The notes beneath the pieces were generated by a model, which worked only from the letters and a program-made list of their open reading frames with translations, had not been told where the DNA came from and made no database searches. DNA of 59,443 nt from the IMG/VR virus record IMGVR_UViG_3300042195_000136, positions 1 to 59,443 of that record; one strand, 5' to 3'. Position 1 is the first letter of the stretch. Each line of letters begins with the position of its first letter. Made by a program: the position numbers and the translations under genes. This stretch comes from a virus. Its lineage: Duplodnaviria; Caudoviricetes. Of this stretch, positions 35,449-45,018 are shown piece after piece.

Positions 35449-36753
35449 ATGAGCCACACGCGGCAAAGCTGGAATACCGCCGCCCCCGAAACCATCGCCG
35501 AACGCGGACGAGCCATGCGACCCACACTCCCAACACCCGACGGCGAACAGACCTGGTACCGCATCCGCAACGCCCTCGACGAAGGCGGCACCCCCTACGC
35601 ATCCATCTCCATCTACGGAGACATCGGCTCATGGGGAATCACCGCCGCATCCTTCATGGAAGAACTGAAGACCGTCGACGCGCCGGAACTCCGGCTCAGC
35701 GTCAACAGCCCTGGGGGAGACGCCTTCGACGGGCTGGCGATCCACAACGCGCTCCGCTCACACCGCGCCCGCGTCATCGTGCAGGTCGACTCCCTCGCAG
35801 CCTCGATCGCTTCCGTGATCGCGATGGCTGGGGACCGCGTGATCATGAGCCCGCATTCGCAACTGATGATTCACGATGCCGCGACGGTTGCTCAGGGCAA
35901 TCCGGAAGAGCTGCGGGAGATGGCGGACTTCCTCGACCGCCAAAGCGACAACATCGCCGCCGTATACCAAGAGCGCGCGGGCGGAACCGTCAAGCAGTGG
36001 CGGGCGCGGATGGTCCAGGAAACCTGGTACTTCGCCGACGAGGCGGTTGAGGCCGGGCTCGCGGACGAGGTCGCCAAGCCCGAGCGGCAGATGGAAGAGA
36101 TGCCCGACGACCGGGCGGTCGCCGCATCGTGGGACCTGAGCGTGTACAACTACGCGCACACCAGCCGCGAGCTAGCACCCGCACCGGACGTCACCCCAAC
36201 ACCCGCACCCGCCGCCCCCGCTGCTCCCACGCCCACGCCGGTGGCTGCTGCGCCGGCCCCGGTGTTCGACCCCGACGCGTTCCGCGCCGCCACCCTCGCA
36301 TCCCTCGACCCGATGCCCGGCTACCAGCCCGACCAGCTCCGCGACCTCATGGCAGGCGTAGCCGGAGACGCACCCGCCGCACCCGCCGCCGAGCGTCCGG
36401 CCGCCGCATACGAGCCGCAGCCCGCTGCCGGACAGGCGCCCGCCCCGGCACCGCAAGACGTCGCGGTCGGCTACTTCCGGTCCCTGTTCACCGCCGCCGC
36501 GAACGACGCACCCACCGCACCCACCACCGCACCGGCCCCGGCCGCACCAGGCCCGCAAACGGTGTACGTGCCCACACCACCGCCGCCCGCCTCGCAGGTC
36601 GTCGGCGACTACCTGCGCGCCGTCATCACCGACGTCGCCAACCACGCACCCGCACCACCCGGGAGCCCCGAGCCCGAACCGGCCGCGCCCGAGCCGGTAC
36701 CCGCGATCGACCAGACCACCGTACGACGTGCCCTTTGGGAGGCAGAGCTCTAA
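35449..36753 (+). CDS. ClpP-type prohead protease with Pro/Ala-rich C-terminal extension
   Basis: NSPGGD, AASIASVIAMAG, MIHD, ETWYFADEAVEAGLAD. Confidence 0.9.
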   Translation: MSHTRQSWNTAAPETIAERGRAMRPTLPTPDGEQTWYRIRNALDEGGTPYASISIYGDIGSWGITAASFMEELKTVDAPELRLSVNSPGGDAFDGLAIHNALRSHRARVIVQVDSLAASIASVIAMAGDRVIMSPHSQLMIHDAATVAQGNPEELREMADFLDRQSDNIAAVYQERAGGTVKQWRARMVQETWYFADEAVEAGLADEVAKPERQMEEMPDDRAVAASWDLSVYNYAHTSRELAPAPDVTPTPAPAAPAAPTPTPVAAAPAPVFDPDAFRAATLASLDPMPGYQPDQLRDLMAGVAGDAPAAPAAERPAAAYEPQPAAGQAPAPAPQDVAVGYFRSLFTAAANDAPTAPTTAPAPAAPGPQTVYVPTPPPPASQVVGDYLRAVITDVANHAPAPPGSPEPEPAAPEPVPAIDQTTVRRALWEAEL

Positions 36754-38261
36754 TGAATGCGACCATCACCCGGGGGCGCGAGGCTGTCGTGTCCGGCATG
36801 CGCCACCGCATGATCCTGCGCGCCGGATTCGACCCGGCCACCATCGGCAAGCCCTACAACCGGGTCACAAACCCTGCCACCCCGGCGGCTGGTGCTGTGG
36901 ACCCGGAGCGTATGACCATCCCCACCACGCAGGCCGCGCTGGAGGAGATGCTCGGCGACTCGACGAAGATGCAGAAGGTGTTCGCCGACAAGAACGGCGC
37001 GTTCGGCGAGTTCATCACCAACTACGCCCGCTCCGTCCACGACCGCGACCTCAGCATTGCGACGCAGGTCAAGGAGCAGACCGAGGCGGTCCTCGCGAAC
37101 TGGCTGCGGGAGAACCAGCCCGAGGGCGTGGACCGCCTCGACTTCACCCCGCGCGCGGTCGCCGCGACGGGGAACGCCCGTAACCATCTGCACAACCCGC
37201 GGGCGATGGGCGCCGTCCTGGACCGCGAGTTCACCGGGTCCGCCGACTACTTCCGCACGATCTGGCACAACACGAACCGCACGGCGGACATGCAGGCGAA
37301 GCTGACCCGCATCCGCAACGCCTTCTCCAGCACGGTGCCTTCCGAGGGCGGGTTCCTGATCCCGGAGGTGCTGCGCTCGGAGATGCTGTCGGTGGCGCTG
37401 GAGATGTCCGTGGTCCGGCAGCGGGCCCGCGTCATTCCGATGGAGACGTTGCGGGTGCCGTTCCCCGCGATCGACGCCACCTCCAACGTGTCGTCCGTGT
37501 ACGGCGGTGTGGTCGGCTTCTGGACCGAGGAGGGTGCGGCGCTCACCGCGTCGCAGGCGGCGTTCTCCCGCATCGTCCTCGACGCGAAGAAGCTGACCGC
37601 GTACACGGAGGTCCCCAACGAGCTGATCTCCGACAGCGCCATCTCGTTCCAGGCGTTCCTCGACCAGATCTTCCCCGAGGCCCTGAACTTCTACGAGGAC
37701 ATCGCGTTCCTGAAGGGGACTGGTGTCGGTGAGCCGCTGGGTGCCCTGTCTTCGGGCAACGGGGCGATCGTCGAGGTGGCCAAGGAGACCGATCAGCCGG
37801 CCGACAGCATCGTGTGGGAGAACATCGTCAAGATGTACTCCCGCATGCTGCCCGGGTCGCTGGACCGGGCGGTGTGGGTCGTGTCCCCGGACGTGTTCCC
37901 CGAGCTGGCCACGATGGCCCTGTCGGTGGGTACTGGCGGTTCGGCGATCTGGTTGAACAACGGTGTGGCTGGGCCGCCGATGACGATCCTCGGTCGGCCG
38001 GTCATCGTCTCGGAGAAGGCCCCCGGCGTCCTCGGCGACGTCGGCGACATCAGCTTCGTCGACTTCGGGTTCTACCTGATCGGCGACCGGCAGGTCATGT
38101 CCGCCATGTCGTCGCCGCACTTCAAGTTCCAGAACGACCAGACCGCGTACAGGATCATCCAGCGCGTCGACGGCCGCCCGTGGCTGCAGAGCAGCATCAC
38201 GCCGCAGAACAACTCGCCGGCCTTGAGCCCGTTCGTGCAGCTCGCCGAGCGCGACACCTGA
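36753..38261 (+). CDS. Major capsid protein (HK97 fold)
   Basis: EGGFLIPE, LDAKKL..Y..V.NELI.DS, GTGVGEPLG, TILGRPV, F.NDQTAYR. Confidence 0.93.
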   Translation: MNATITRGREAVVSGMRHRMILRAGFDPATIGKPYNRVTNPATPAAGAVDPERMTIPTTQAALEEMLGDSTKMQKVFADKNGAFGEFITNYARSVHDRDLSIATQVKEQTEAVLANWLRENQPEGVDRLDFTPRAVAATGNARNHLHNPRAMGAVLDREFTGSADYFRTIWHNTNRTADMQAKLTRIRNAFSSTVPSEGGFLIPEVLRSEMLSVALEMSVVRQRARVIPMETLRVPFPAIDATSNVSSVYGGVVGFWTEEGAALTASQAAFSRIVLDAKKLTAYTEVPNELISDSAISFQAFLDQIFPEALNFYEDIAFLKGTGVGEPLGALSSGNGAIVEVAKETDQPADSIVWENIVKMYSRMLPGSLDRAVWVVSPDVFPELATMALSVGTGGSAIWLNNGVAGPPMTILGRPVIVSEKAPGVLGDVGDISFVDFGFYLIGDRQVMSAMSSPHFKFQNDQTAYRIIQRVDGRPWLQSSITPQNNSPALSPFVQLAERDT

Positions 38262-38351
38262 CCCGACATCCAGCTCTGCCAGGGCAGTAACGCCCCCTGG
38301 CGGAGCCACAACAGGGTGGCACTAACACCCCACCCCGAAGGAGGAATGAAC

Positions 38352-38783
38352 ATGGAATGGCTCGGACGAGGCGGCAACGTCGTAGCCCTCGCAGACAACA
38401 TCTGGCTCCCCATGAAGGACTGCTCCGGCATCACCTTCATCTGCTACGAGGATGGCGGCGCCACAGACATCACCATCCAGGAGGCCACGGACGGCTCCGG
38501 TTCCGGCAACGTCGACCTGGACGTGGTGGATCGGTACTACACGTCCAACGGTGTCGGCGGCGCGTGGTCGCTCCAGACTCAGCCGGCCGACGCCCTGGTC
38601 GAGCCGACCGACGTGGCGGCGCAGGACGCGGCCGCGATCTATGTGGGCGCGGACCAGATGTCGGACGGTTTCACCCACATCAGGTGCGACTCGGACTCGG
38701 CTGACACGCCGCCGGTTGTGATGGCGATCCTGCACGACCTTGTGGTGCAGCGCGCGCCCGAGAACCTCGCGGCTCTGGTCTGA
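38352..38783 (+). CDS. Putative head decoration/accessory protein
   Basis: Acidic, follows capsid, GGAGG RBS. Confidence 0.6.
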   Translation: MEWLGRGGNVVALADNIWLPMKDCSGITFICYEDGGATDITIQEATDGSGSGNVDLDVVDRYYTSNGVGGAWSLQTQPADALVEPTDVAAQDAAAIYVGADQMSDGFTHIRCDSDSADTPPVVMAILHDLVVQRAPENLAALV

Positions 38784-38795
38784 GGAGGACACGAG

Positions 38796-39281
38796 ATGAC
38801 TGTCATTCTCAAGCCCGACCAGTTCAACCCGGTTTCGCGGGAGTTGACGACCGGTATCCGCGTGAACCGTGCTGCGGACACGCTGCCGCAGTCCACCGAC
38901 GAGGCGATCTTCACCATCACTGGTGGGCGGGTCCTCGTGGTGGGGCTGATCGGGGAGGTCACCGACACCATCGGTGCGGGCACGGATCCGGACCTGACCA
39001 TCAAGTTCAACCCGACAGAGACCGGCGCGGACACCGAACTCGCAGCCGATCTCGATATCGGCGATGACGCCATCGGCACGCTGTACTCGCTCACCGGCGA
39101 CTTCTCCGATGCGGTGACTGAAGGGCTTCTGGTTCTGGGGTCCCCGGCCATGGTGCAGACCCCGTTCGTCCTGTCCGAGGGCGACATCGAAATCGAGATG
39201 AACGAGTCCGTCGCGGGTTCGGTGTCGTGGTCGATCATGTACGTGCCGTGGGACACCGGTGCGGAAGTGGCGGCTGCCTGA
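38796..39281 (+). CDS. Putative structural protein
   Basis: Acidic, beta-rich, GGAGG RBS. Confidence 0.6.
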   Translation: MTVILKPDQFNPVSRELTTGIRVNRAADTLPQSTDEAIFTITGGRVLVVGLIGEVTDTIGAGTDPDLTIKFNPTETGADTELAADLDIGDDAIGTLYSLTGDFSDAVTEGLLVLGSPAMVQTPFVLSEGDIEIEMNESVAGSVSWSIMYVPWDTGAEVAAA

Positions 39282-40063
39282 TGACTGTGTACCGGCGTGG
39301 GACTGAGGGCCGTCTGAACGACATCATGACGGTCCTCGGTACCACCAAGGCGCACCTGTGGCCGTTCTGGGAGGCCGAGGGCTCGCTGATCTCCGGGATC
39401 AGCGTCGGCGATCTGACGTCGTCGGACGAGGCGGCCGCACGGACCTTGCAGAGTGAGTTCGCGCCCATCGCGCTGCCGTCCGGGCTGCACTCGTACCACT
39501 TCAACCCGGCCGGGAATCAGCACCTGGCCGGAGTGGACAACGGCGATTACACCTTCGGCAACAGCACGACGGACTCCCCGTTTTCGGTGGGTGCGTGGAT
39601 CCGGCCGAACGCCATCGCCACCAAAGTGATCATGGGGAAGTACGACTCCGCGGGAAACCTGGAGGAGTGGCGGTTCTTCATCAACTCCAGTGGCCTGCTG
39701 TCGCTGGAGCTGCATGACGCGTCGGCGTCCGCCACGGAGATCGCCGTCTCCGATGCGGCGCTGACGCGTGGGCAGTGGGTGATGGTCACCGCCACCTACG
39801 ACGGTGACGAGGAGGGACCGGTCGTTGAGCTGTACGTCAACGGCGCCTCGGTCAATGACGGTTCGACGACTGAGTCCGGCTCGTACGTAGCCATGCAGAA
39901 CACCGCCGCGCCGTTGACGGTCGGCTGCTCCGGGGTGACCGCCACACCCGTGGCTGAGTTCCATGGCCGGATCGCGCTCCCCTTCATCACCGGCAAGGAA
40001 CTGTCGGCCGCCGAGGTCACCACTCTGCACAAGTACACGGCTCCGATGGTGGGGGTGGCCTGA
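39281..40063 (+). CDS. LamG/concanavalin-like domain virion protein
   Basis: FSVGAWIRP, QWVMVTATYDG, LYVNG, F.G.I, LSAAEV. Confidence 0.75.
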   Translation: MTVYRRGTEGRLNDIMTVLGTTKAHLWPFWEAEGSLISGISVGDLTSSDEAAARTLQSEFAPIALPSGLHSYHFNPAGNQHLAGVDNGDYTFGNSTTDSPFSVGAWIRPNAIATKVIMGKYDSAGNLEEWRFFINSSGLLSLELHDASASATEIAVSDAALTRGQWVMVTATYDGDEEGPVVELYVNGASVNDGSTTESGSYVAMQNTAAPLTVGCSGVTATPVAEFHGRIALPFITGKELSAAEVTTLHKYTAPMVGVA

Positions 40064-40722
40064 TGCCCAAAACGACACGCGCCCGCGGCGGCACCATCAA
40101 CGGCGTACCCCAGAACCAGGCCCCCGAGCCGCTGCTCCTGGGCGAGCGGCTCATCGTCCGCGATGGCCGCATCGAGTTCCTCAACTCATCGGGCGTCGTG
40201 GACGCGACCCTGTCCCGGGACGCGGCGGGAGTGGTGCGCCTGACTGGGGCGTGGACGCTGGAGGGTGCCACCTCGGGCACGGATGTCATCACCTCCCGGG
40301 TGACGGGGGACGACGTCGCCCAGTTCGTCGTCAACGCGAACGGGCAACTGGAGTGGGGGCCCGGGTCGGGTGCAGTCGACGTCAACCTCGCCCGCGACGG
40401 CTCGTCTCGCCTGCACACGGTGAACACGTTCGTCACCGAAGGCGATCTGCACTGCGATGTGGCCGGCGGCGGTCTGAACCTGAAGGAGGGCGACAACGCC
40501 CGCTCGGGTGTGGCGACGCTGTCGTCTGGTGCGGCGACCGTGGCGACGACGGAGGTCACAGCGTCCAGCCGGATTCAGTTGACGGTGCAGTCGCTGGGGA
40601 CGGTGTCGGATCCGCAGGCGGTCGGAGTGACGGCCCGGAACGCGGCCCAAGACTTCACGATCACGTCTGCTGATGGCACGGACACGAGTGTCGTGGCCTG
40701 GATGATCGTGGAGCCTTCCTGA
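40063..40722 (+). CDS. Putative structural/fibre protein
   Basis: Gly/Thr-rich beta protein; TGATG coupling. Confidence 0.55.
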   Translation: MPKTTRARGGTINGVPQNQAPEPLLLGERLIVRDGRIEFLNSSGVVDATLSRDAAGVVRLTGAWTLEGATSGTDVITSRVTGDDVAQFVVNANGQLEWGPGSGAVDVNLARDGSSRLHTVNTFVTEGDLHCDVAGGGLNLKEGDNARSGVATLSSGAATVATTEVTASSRIQLTVQSLGTVSDPQAVGVTARNAAQDFTITSADGTDTSVVAWMIVEPS

Positions 40723-41255
40723 TGGCGCTGTGGGTGTGTGCGGGTGAGGGCGGTTGCGGAACGAAGTACGCGGTCGGTTTGTTCCGGTGTCCGCGCTGTC
40801 ACAACACACAGTTTTTCGAGGATGGAGATCCCATGGCGAAGATCACTCGCCACGGCGGGGCCAGCGATAAGACGCTGCCCGCAACCGAGAGCGCCGCTGC
40901 CGCCGAGACCGATCCCACGCCCGCAGCGGCAGCGGACCAACCCGAGGCGCGTGTGGCCGTCGACGCCCCGGCGCCCGAGCCTGAGGACGCCGAGCCGCCC
41001 GACGTCACGGACGACCTGACAGGCCCGCCCGTACCGGTAATGGAGGGAGGCGAACCGTCATCGCCTGGGAACAGCTCATCTCCATCTACCGAGAAGCCGC
41101 CGACGACCTCCGAGCAGAGCAGCAAGCCGACCCCCAAGCGTGCCCGCGGGACGGGGAGCCGCTCAAGTCGAAGCCGCACGGAGACGGACTCTTCTGCCCC
41201 TTCGACGGCTACCGATGGCCAGAAGACGGACGGTTCTGACGATGCCCGTTCGTAG
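40722..41255 (+). CDS. Zinc-ribbon plus disordered protein
   Basis: C..C...CPRC N-terminus; low-complexity tail. Confidence 0.55.
   Translation: MALWVCAGEGGCGTKYAVGLFRCPRCHNTQFFEDGDPMAKITRHGGASDKTLPATESAAAAETDPTPAAAADQPEARVAVDAPAPEPEDAEPPDVTDDLTGPPVPVMEGGEPSSPGNSSSPSTEKPPTTSEQSSKPTPKRARGTGSRSSRSRTETDSSAPSTATDGQKTDGSDDARS
41060..41239 (+). CDS. Overlapping small zinc-ribbon-like protein with probable ATC start
   Basis: GGAGG 9 nt upstream; IAWEQLISIYRE...CPRDGEPL...FCPFDGYRWP; stop 2 nt before the next ATG. Confidence 0.55.
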   Translation: MAWEQLISIYREAADDLRAEQQADPQACPRDGEPLKSKPHGDGLFCPFDGYRWPEDGRF

Positions 41256-41616
41256 AGGCGCGGAGTCGAACCTCCACAAGCACGGCCTGACCAAGCTGCC
41301 CGACGGTCGTCGGCGCCCGGAGTACAAGATCTGGGAGTCGATGATCCGGCGGTGCGAGAACCCGAACAGTCACGCCTACGCGGACTACGGCGGCCGGGGG
41401 ATCAAGGTCTGTGAGCGGTGGCGGAAGAGCTTCGCCGACTTCTACGCCGACATCGGCAACCGCCCCGAGGGCATGACCCTCGATCGCGTCGACAACGACG
41501 GCAACTACGAGCCAGGCAACTGGCGTTGGGCCACCCGCACCGAGCAGAACCGCAACCGCCGCCAGCCAGCCCACGACAGCCAAACGGGCCAGTTCATCCC
41601 GAGCGGCGCCCGCTGA
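41242..41616 (+). CDS. HNH homing endonuclease
   Basis: W.SM..RC.NPN...Y..YGGRGIKVC.RW...TLDRVDNDGNYEPGN.RWAT..EQ.RN. Confidence 0.85.
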   Translation: MPVRRGAESNLHKHGLTKLPDGRRRPEYKIWESMIRRCENPNSHAYADYGGRGIKVCERWRKSFADFYADIGNRPEGMTLDRVDNDGNYEPGNWRWATRTEQNRNRRQPAHDSQTGQFIPSGAR

Positions 41617-41647
41617 GCACGCCACAACCACCTGGAGAGGAGGAGCA

Positions 41648-42703
41648 GTGCAGCGCGACGGCATGACCTACGCCAACGTCGAGGACATCAAGAACGCCCT
41701 CGACGTGCTGGAGACCGCCCGCGCCGAAGCGCAGATCTACCGTGCACTGCACTCCGCCAGCGACTCGGTCGAGGGCCTGTGCCACCGCCGCTTCTACCCC
41801 GAGATCGCCACCCGCTTCTTCGACTGGCCCAACCGGCAGTACGCCCGCCCGTGGCGGCTGTGGCTCGACACCAACACCCTCATCTCCGTCACCACCCTGT
41901 CATCCGGCGGCACCACCATCGACGCAGCAGACTTCTTCCTGCGCCGCTCCGACCGACGCGATGAACCGCCCTTCACCCATGTGGAGATCGACCTCGACTC
42001 CAACGCGGCCTTCGGCGGCGGAGACACCCACCAACGCGACATCAGCATCACCGGACTCTTCGGCTACTGGGACGAAGACGAGACCGCTGGTGCACTCGCC
42101 GAGGAACTCGACGCGTCGGAGACCGGTGTGGATGTGACGGACGGCTCCCTGATCGGGGTGGGGGATCTGATCCGCGTCGATGATGAGCGGATGGCCGTGA
42201 CAGGGCGGGCGTTCCTCGACTCCGGCGAGGACCTGACCGACGCGGTGTCCTCAGCCTCGACGACGACGATCCCCGTCGACGACGGCACCACGTTCAACGA
42301 GGGGGAGACGATCCTCATCGGCGGGGAGCGGATGCTCATCGTCGACATCGCCGCCAACGACCTTGTGGTGAAGCGGGCCTGGGACGGCACCACCCTGGAA
42401 TCCCACCTGGACAACGCGAACGTGTTCGTATCGCGGCGGCTCACCGTCGTACGCGGCGCGCTGGGCACCACCGCCGCCGCGCACCTGACTGCCGCCCCGG
42501 TCACCCGGCACCACGTACCGCCCCTCGTCCACGACCTGACGATCGCCGAAGCCATGGCCCGCCTCGTACAGGAACGCACCGCCTACGCCCGCACGATCGG
42601 CGCGGGCGAGGGCGAGCGGGAAGTCCGCGGCGTCGGTCTGGCTGACCTGCGCGAGCAGGCCCGCACCGAGTACGGCCGCAAGGCCAGGAAGAGAGCGATC
42701 TGA
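41648..42703 (+). CDS. Head-tail adaptor protein
   Basis: YANVEDIK..L, ASDSVEGLCHRRF, ITGLFGY; position. Confidence 0.65.
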   Translation: MQRDGMTYANVEDIKNALDVLETARAEAQIYRALHSASDSVEGLCHRRFYPEIATRFFDWPNRQYARPWRLWLDTNTLISVTTLSSGGTTIDAADFFLRRSDRRDEPPFTHVEIDLDSNAAFGGGDTHQRDISITGLFGYWDEDETAGALAEELDASETGVDVTDGSLIGVGDLIRVDDERMAVTGRAFLDSGEDLTDAVSSASTTTIPVDDGTTFNEGETILIGGERMLIVDIAANDLVVKRAWDGTTLESHLDNANVFVSRRLTVVRGALGTTAAAHLTAAPVTRHHVPPLVHDLTIAEAMARLVQERTAYARTIGAGEGEREVRGVGLADLREQARTEYGRKARKRAI

Positions 42704-43047
42704 TGGCGCGCGGTAAGCGGCTGAACGTGAAAGGCGCGGTGGGCAAGCTGCGCCGCGGTATCGACGACAAGCTGGTACGCGGCGAACGGGCCCTGAACAA
42801 GGGCGCGGACGGTCTGGTGAAAGACATCAAAGCCAAGACCCCGGTGGACACGGGCGCGCTGCGGGACTCGGTGCGTAAGGAGCCTGCGGGGGACAAGGTC
42901 CGCGTGGTGGCCGGCGGCGTGGATGACCCGCGGGTGGGCCGGGTCGACTACGGCGAGTTCGTCGGCATGGAGGAGATCATCGATCAGGTTCTGGCCAGGT
43001 CCAGGCGGCGGCTGGTGCGGCAGGTTGAGACCGAGGTCAGGAAGTAG
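42703..43047 (+). CDS. HK97 gp10-like neck protein
   Basis: TPVDTGALRDS. Confidence 0.75.
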   Translation: MARGKRLNVKGAVGKLRRGIDDKLVRGERALNKGADGLVKDIKAKTPVDTGALRDSVRKEPAGDKVRVVAGGVDDPRVGRVDYGEFVGMEEIIDQVLARSRRRLVRQVETEVRK

Positions 43048-43052
43048 GCGTC

Positions 43053-43490
43053 ATGGTCACGGTCGATCCGTCGCAGGCGGTGCAGAAGGGTTTGTGGGAG
43101 CTGCTGCGCTCCGATCCTGAGGTCATGCAGACGGTGCGGGATGTTCTGGATGAGGTGCCGGATCTGAATGCCCGCCAGTATCCGTTTGTGGTGGTGCCGG
43201 AGACGTCGTCGACGCCGGACGGCACGCACGATGATCCGGGCCGGGTGGTGCGCGCCCGGATTCACACCTACGCGCAAGGCGATGTGCGGGCACGCAATGG
43301 CCGCCCGGAGAACACGATCGGCGCGCGTCTGGTGGCCCTGCTCGATCACGGGCACAAGGCGCTGGATACGCATGTGGCCGACCACACGGTGTGGATGGTG
43401 CGGCACGCCGAATCCCGGAAGGTCCCTGACCAGGACCGCAGCGTCCGCCATCGGGTGGACATCGTCGATATCTGGACCTCACAGAAGTAA
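43053..43490 (+). CDS. Tail terminator (DUF3168-like)
   Basis: V.DEVP...YPFVV; position before tail tube genes. Confidence 0.7.
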   Translation: MVTVDPSQAVQKGLWELLRSDPEVMQTVRDVLDEVPDLNARQYPFVVVPETSSTPDGTHDDPGRVVRARIHTYAQGDVRARNGRPENTIGARLVALLDHGHKALDTHVADHTVWMVRHAESRKVPDQDRSVRHRVDIVDIWTSQK

Positions 43491-43500
43491 GGAGACTGGC

Positions 43501-43845
43501 ATGGCGGCCCTCGACACGATCACTATCGCGACCGTAGACGGACAGCCCGACCTGGACGGCGACTTGGATGCGGCGGCTTCCGGTGGTGACACGGCTGAGG
43601 TGGGGCCGGGGCATTTCCTCCTCGTCCTCAACAGTCACGTCTCCGAGACGCGGACCGTCACCATCGATACGCCGGGCACCGTCGACGGGCACGCCATCGC
43701 GCAGGCAACGCTGGTCGTCACCACGGAAAATTACGGGATCATCCCGCTGACCACTTTGTTCCGGGGTACGACCGGCCGGGCCTCGATCACCTACAGCGAC
43801 TCTGCGGCGGACATCACCGTCGCCGTCTACAAGCTGGGGAAGTAG
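43501..43845 (+). CDS. Tail-associated structural protein
   Basis: AAGGAG RBS; beta-rich. Confidence 0.6.
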   Translation: MAALDTITIATVDGQPDLDGDLDAAASGGDTAEVGPGHFLLVLNSHVSETRTVTIDTPGTVDGHAIAQATLVVTTENYGIIPLTTLFRGTTGRASITYSDSAADITVAVYKLGK

Positions 43846-43851
43846 GTAGCC

Positions 43852-44283
43852 GTGGCAGGCAAGGACGCTTTCGGCAGCGAGTTCAAGCGGGACAGTGACG
43901 GCGCCGGCACGTTCACGACGATCGCCAACGTGTCCGACCTCTCCGGGCCGGAGCGGGAGCGGGAGGCCATCGAGGTCACCGCCCACGACTCCCCGGATCA
44001 GTACCGCGAGTTCGTCAAGGGCTTGAAGGACGGCGGCGAGGTCACCGTCACGTTGAACTACGACCCGGCCAACAACTCGCACAGCGCGCTCGACGCCGAC
44101 TTCGAGGAAGACGAACTGCGGGACTACCAGGTGGTGATCCTCCCCGGTGACGACGATGAGTACACGTGGGAGTTCTCCGCGATGATCACCAGCCTCGGTG
44201 ACAGCTTTCCTGTGGATGACCGCATGGAGCGCGACGTCACCGTCAAAATTTCCGGGAAGCCGACGCTGACTGCTACCGGCTGA
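43852..44283 (+). CDS. Major tail tube protein
   Basis: IEVTAHDS...REFVKGLKDGGEV..TLNYDP, KISGKP. Confidence 0.85.
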   Translation: MAGKDAFGSEFKRDSDGAGTFTTIANVSDLSGPEREREAIEVTAHDSPDQYREFVKGLKDGGEVTVTLNYDPANNSHSALDADFEEDELRDYQVVILPGDDDEYTWEFSAMITSLGDSFPVDDRMERDVTVKISGKPTLTATG

Positions 44284-44299
44284 CAGAAAGACAGGCACC

Positions 44300-44704
44300 A
44301 TGGCGCTGCTGGGCAGGTCACAGATTGATGCGGCGGTCGACCGCAAGTGGGAAGACGTCCCTGTCCCCGAGTGGGGTGGGGACGTGCGCCTCATAGAGTT
44401 GTCGGCCGCCGACCGCGGCTACCTCGACGCGGGGTCGGTGGTCGCCAAGGGCGAAGGTGTTACCGCACGGGTGGACGCCATCAAGTCCTACCGGGACAAG
44501 CTCGTGGCGTTCGCCCTGGTAGACGAGAACTTTCAGCGCCTGTACTCCAACAAGGACATCGCCAAGCTGGGCGAGAAATCCGGTGCAGTGATCGAGCGGC
44601 TGGCGACGCGGGTGCGGGAGATGTCCGGGATGGACAAAGAGGCTGTACGGGCCGCTGAGGGAAACTCCGCAGCCGCCCAGAGCGGCTCTTCCGATTCCGA
44701 CTAG
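44300..44704 (+). CDS. Tail assembly chaperone (G)
   Basis: VPVPEWGGDV; ends just after slippery site. Confidence 0.85.
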   Translation: MALLGRSQIDAAVDRKWEDVPVPEWGGDVRLIELSAADRGYLDAGSVVAKGEGVTARVDAIKSYRDKLVAFALVDENFQRLYSNKDIAKLGEKSGAVIERLATRVREMSGMDKEAVRAAEGNSAAAQSGSSDSD

Positions 44705-45018
44705 CCGAGCATCTCGGCATGACTGTCGCCGACCTGGATTCACGGCTCGGGGGCGCTTCGGAGCTGACCGAGTGGATCGCTTTCGAGAAGATGACCGGCC
44801 CGCTCGGAAGGCGCCGTTCGGATATTCAGGCGGCGACGATCGCGGCGACGATCGCCAACGCCAACCGAGGGAAAAAGGGCAAGAAGCTCAAGATCCGGGA
44901 CTTCCTGATCCCGTACGGCGAGAAGGACCGGCCGAAGACCGGCCGGGAGATGCTCGATCTGGTCAGAGGGATCAACGCGGGGCTGGGAGGTGTAGAGCGT
45001 GGCAGATCTGACGATTGA
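44659..45018 (+). CDS. -1 frameshift extension of tail chaperone (GT)
   Basis: G GGA AAC at 44659-44665; -1 frame LRSRPERLFRFRLAEHLGMTV...ELTEW. Confidence 0.8.
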   Translation, partial: GKLRSRPERLFRFRLAEHLGMTVADLDSRLGGASELTEWIAFEKMTGPLGRRRSDIQAATIAATIANANRGKKGKKLKIRDFLIPYGEKDRPKTGREMLDLVRGINAGLGGVERGRSDD

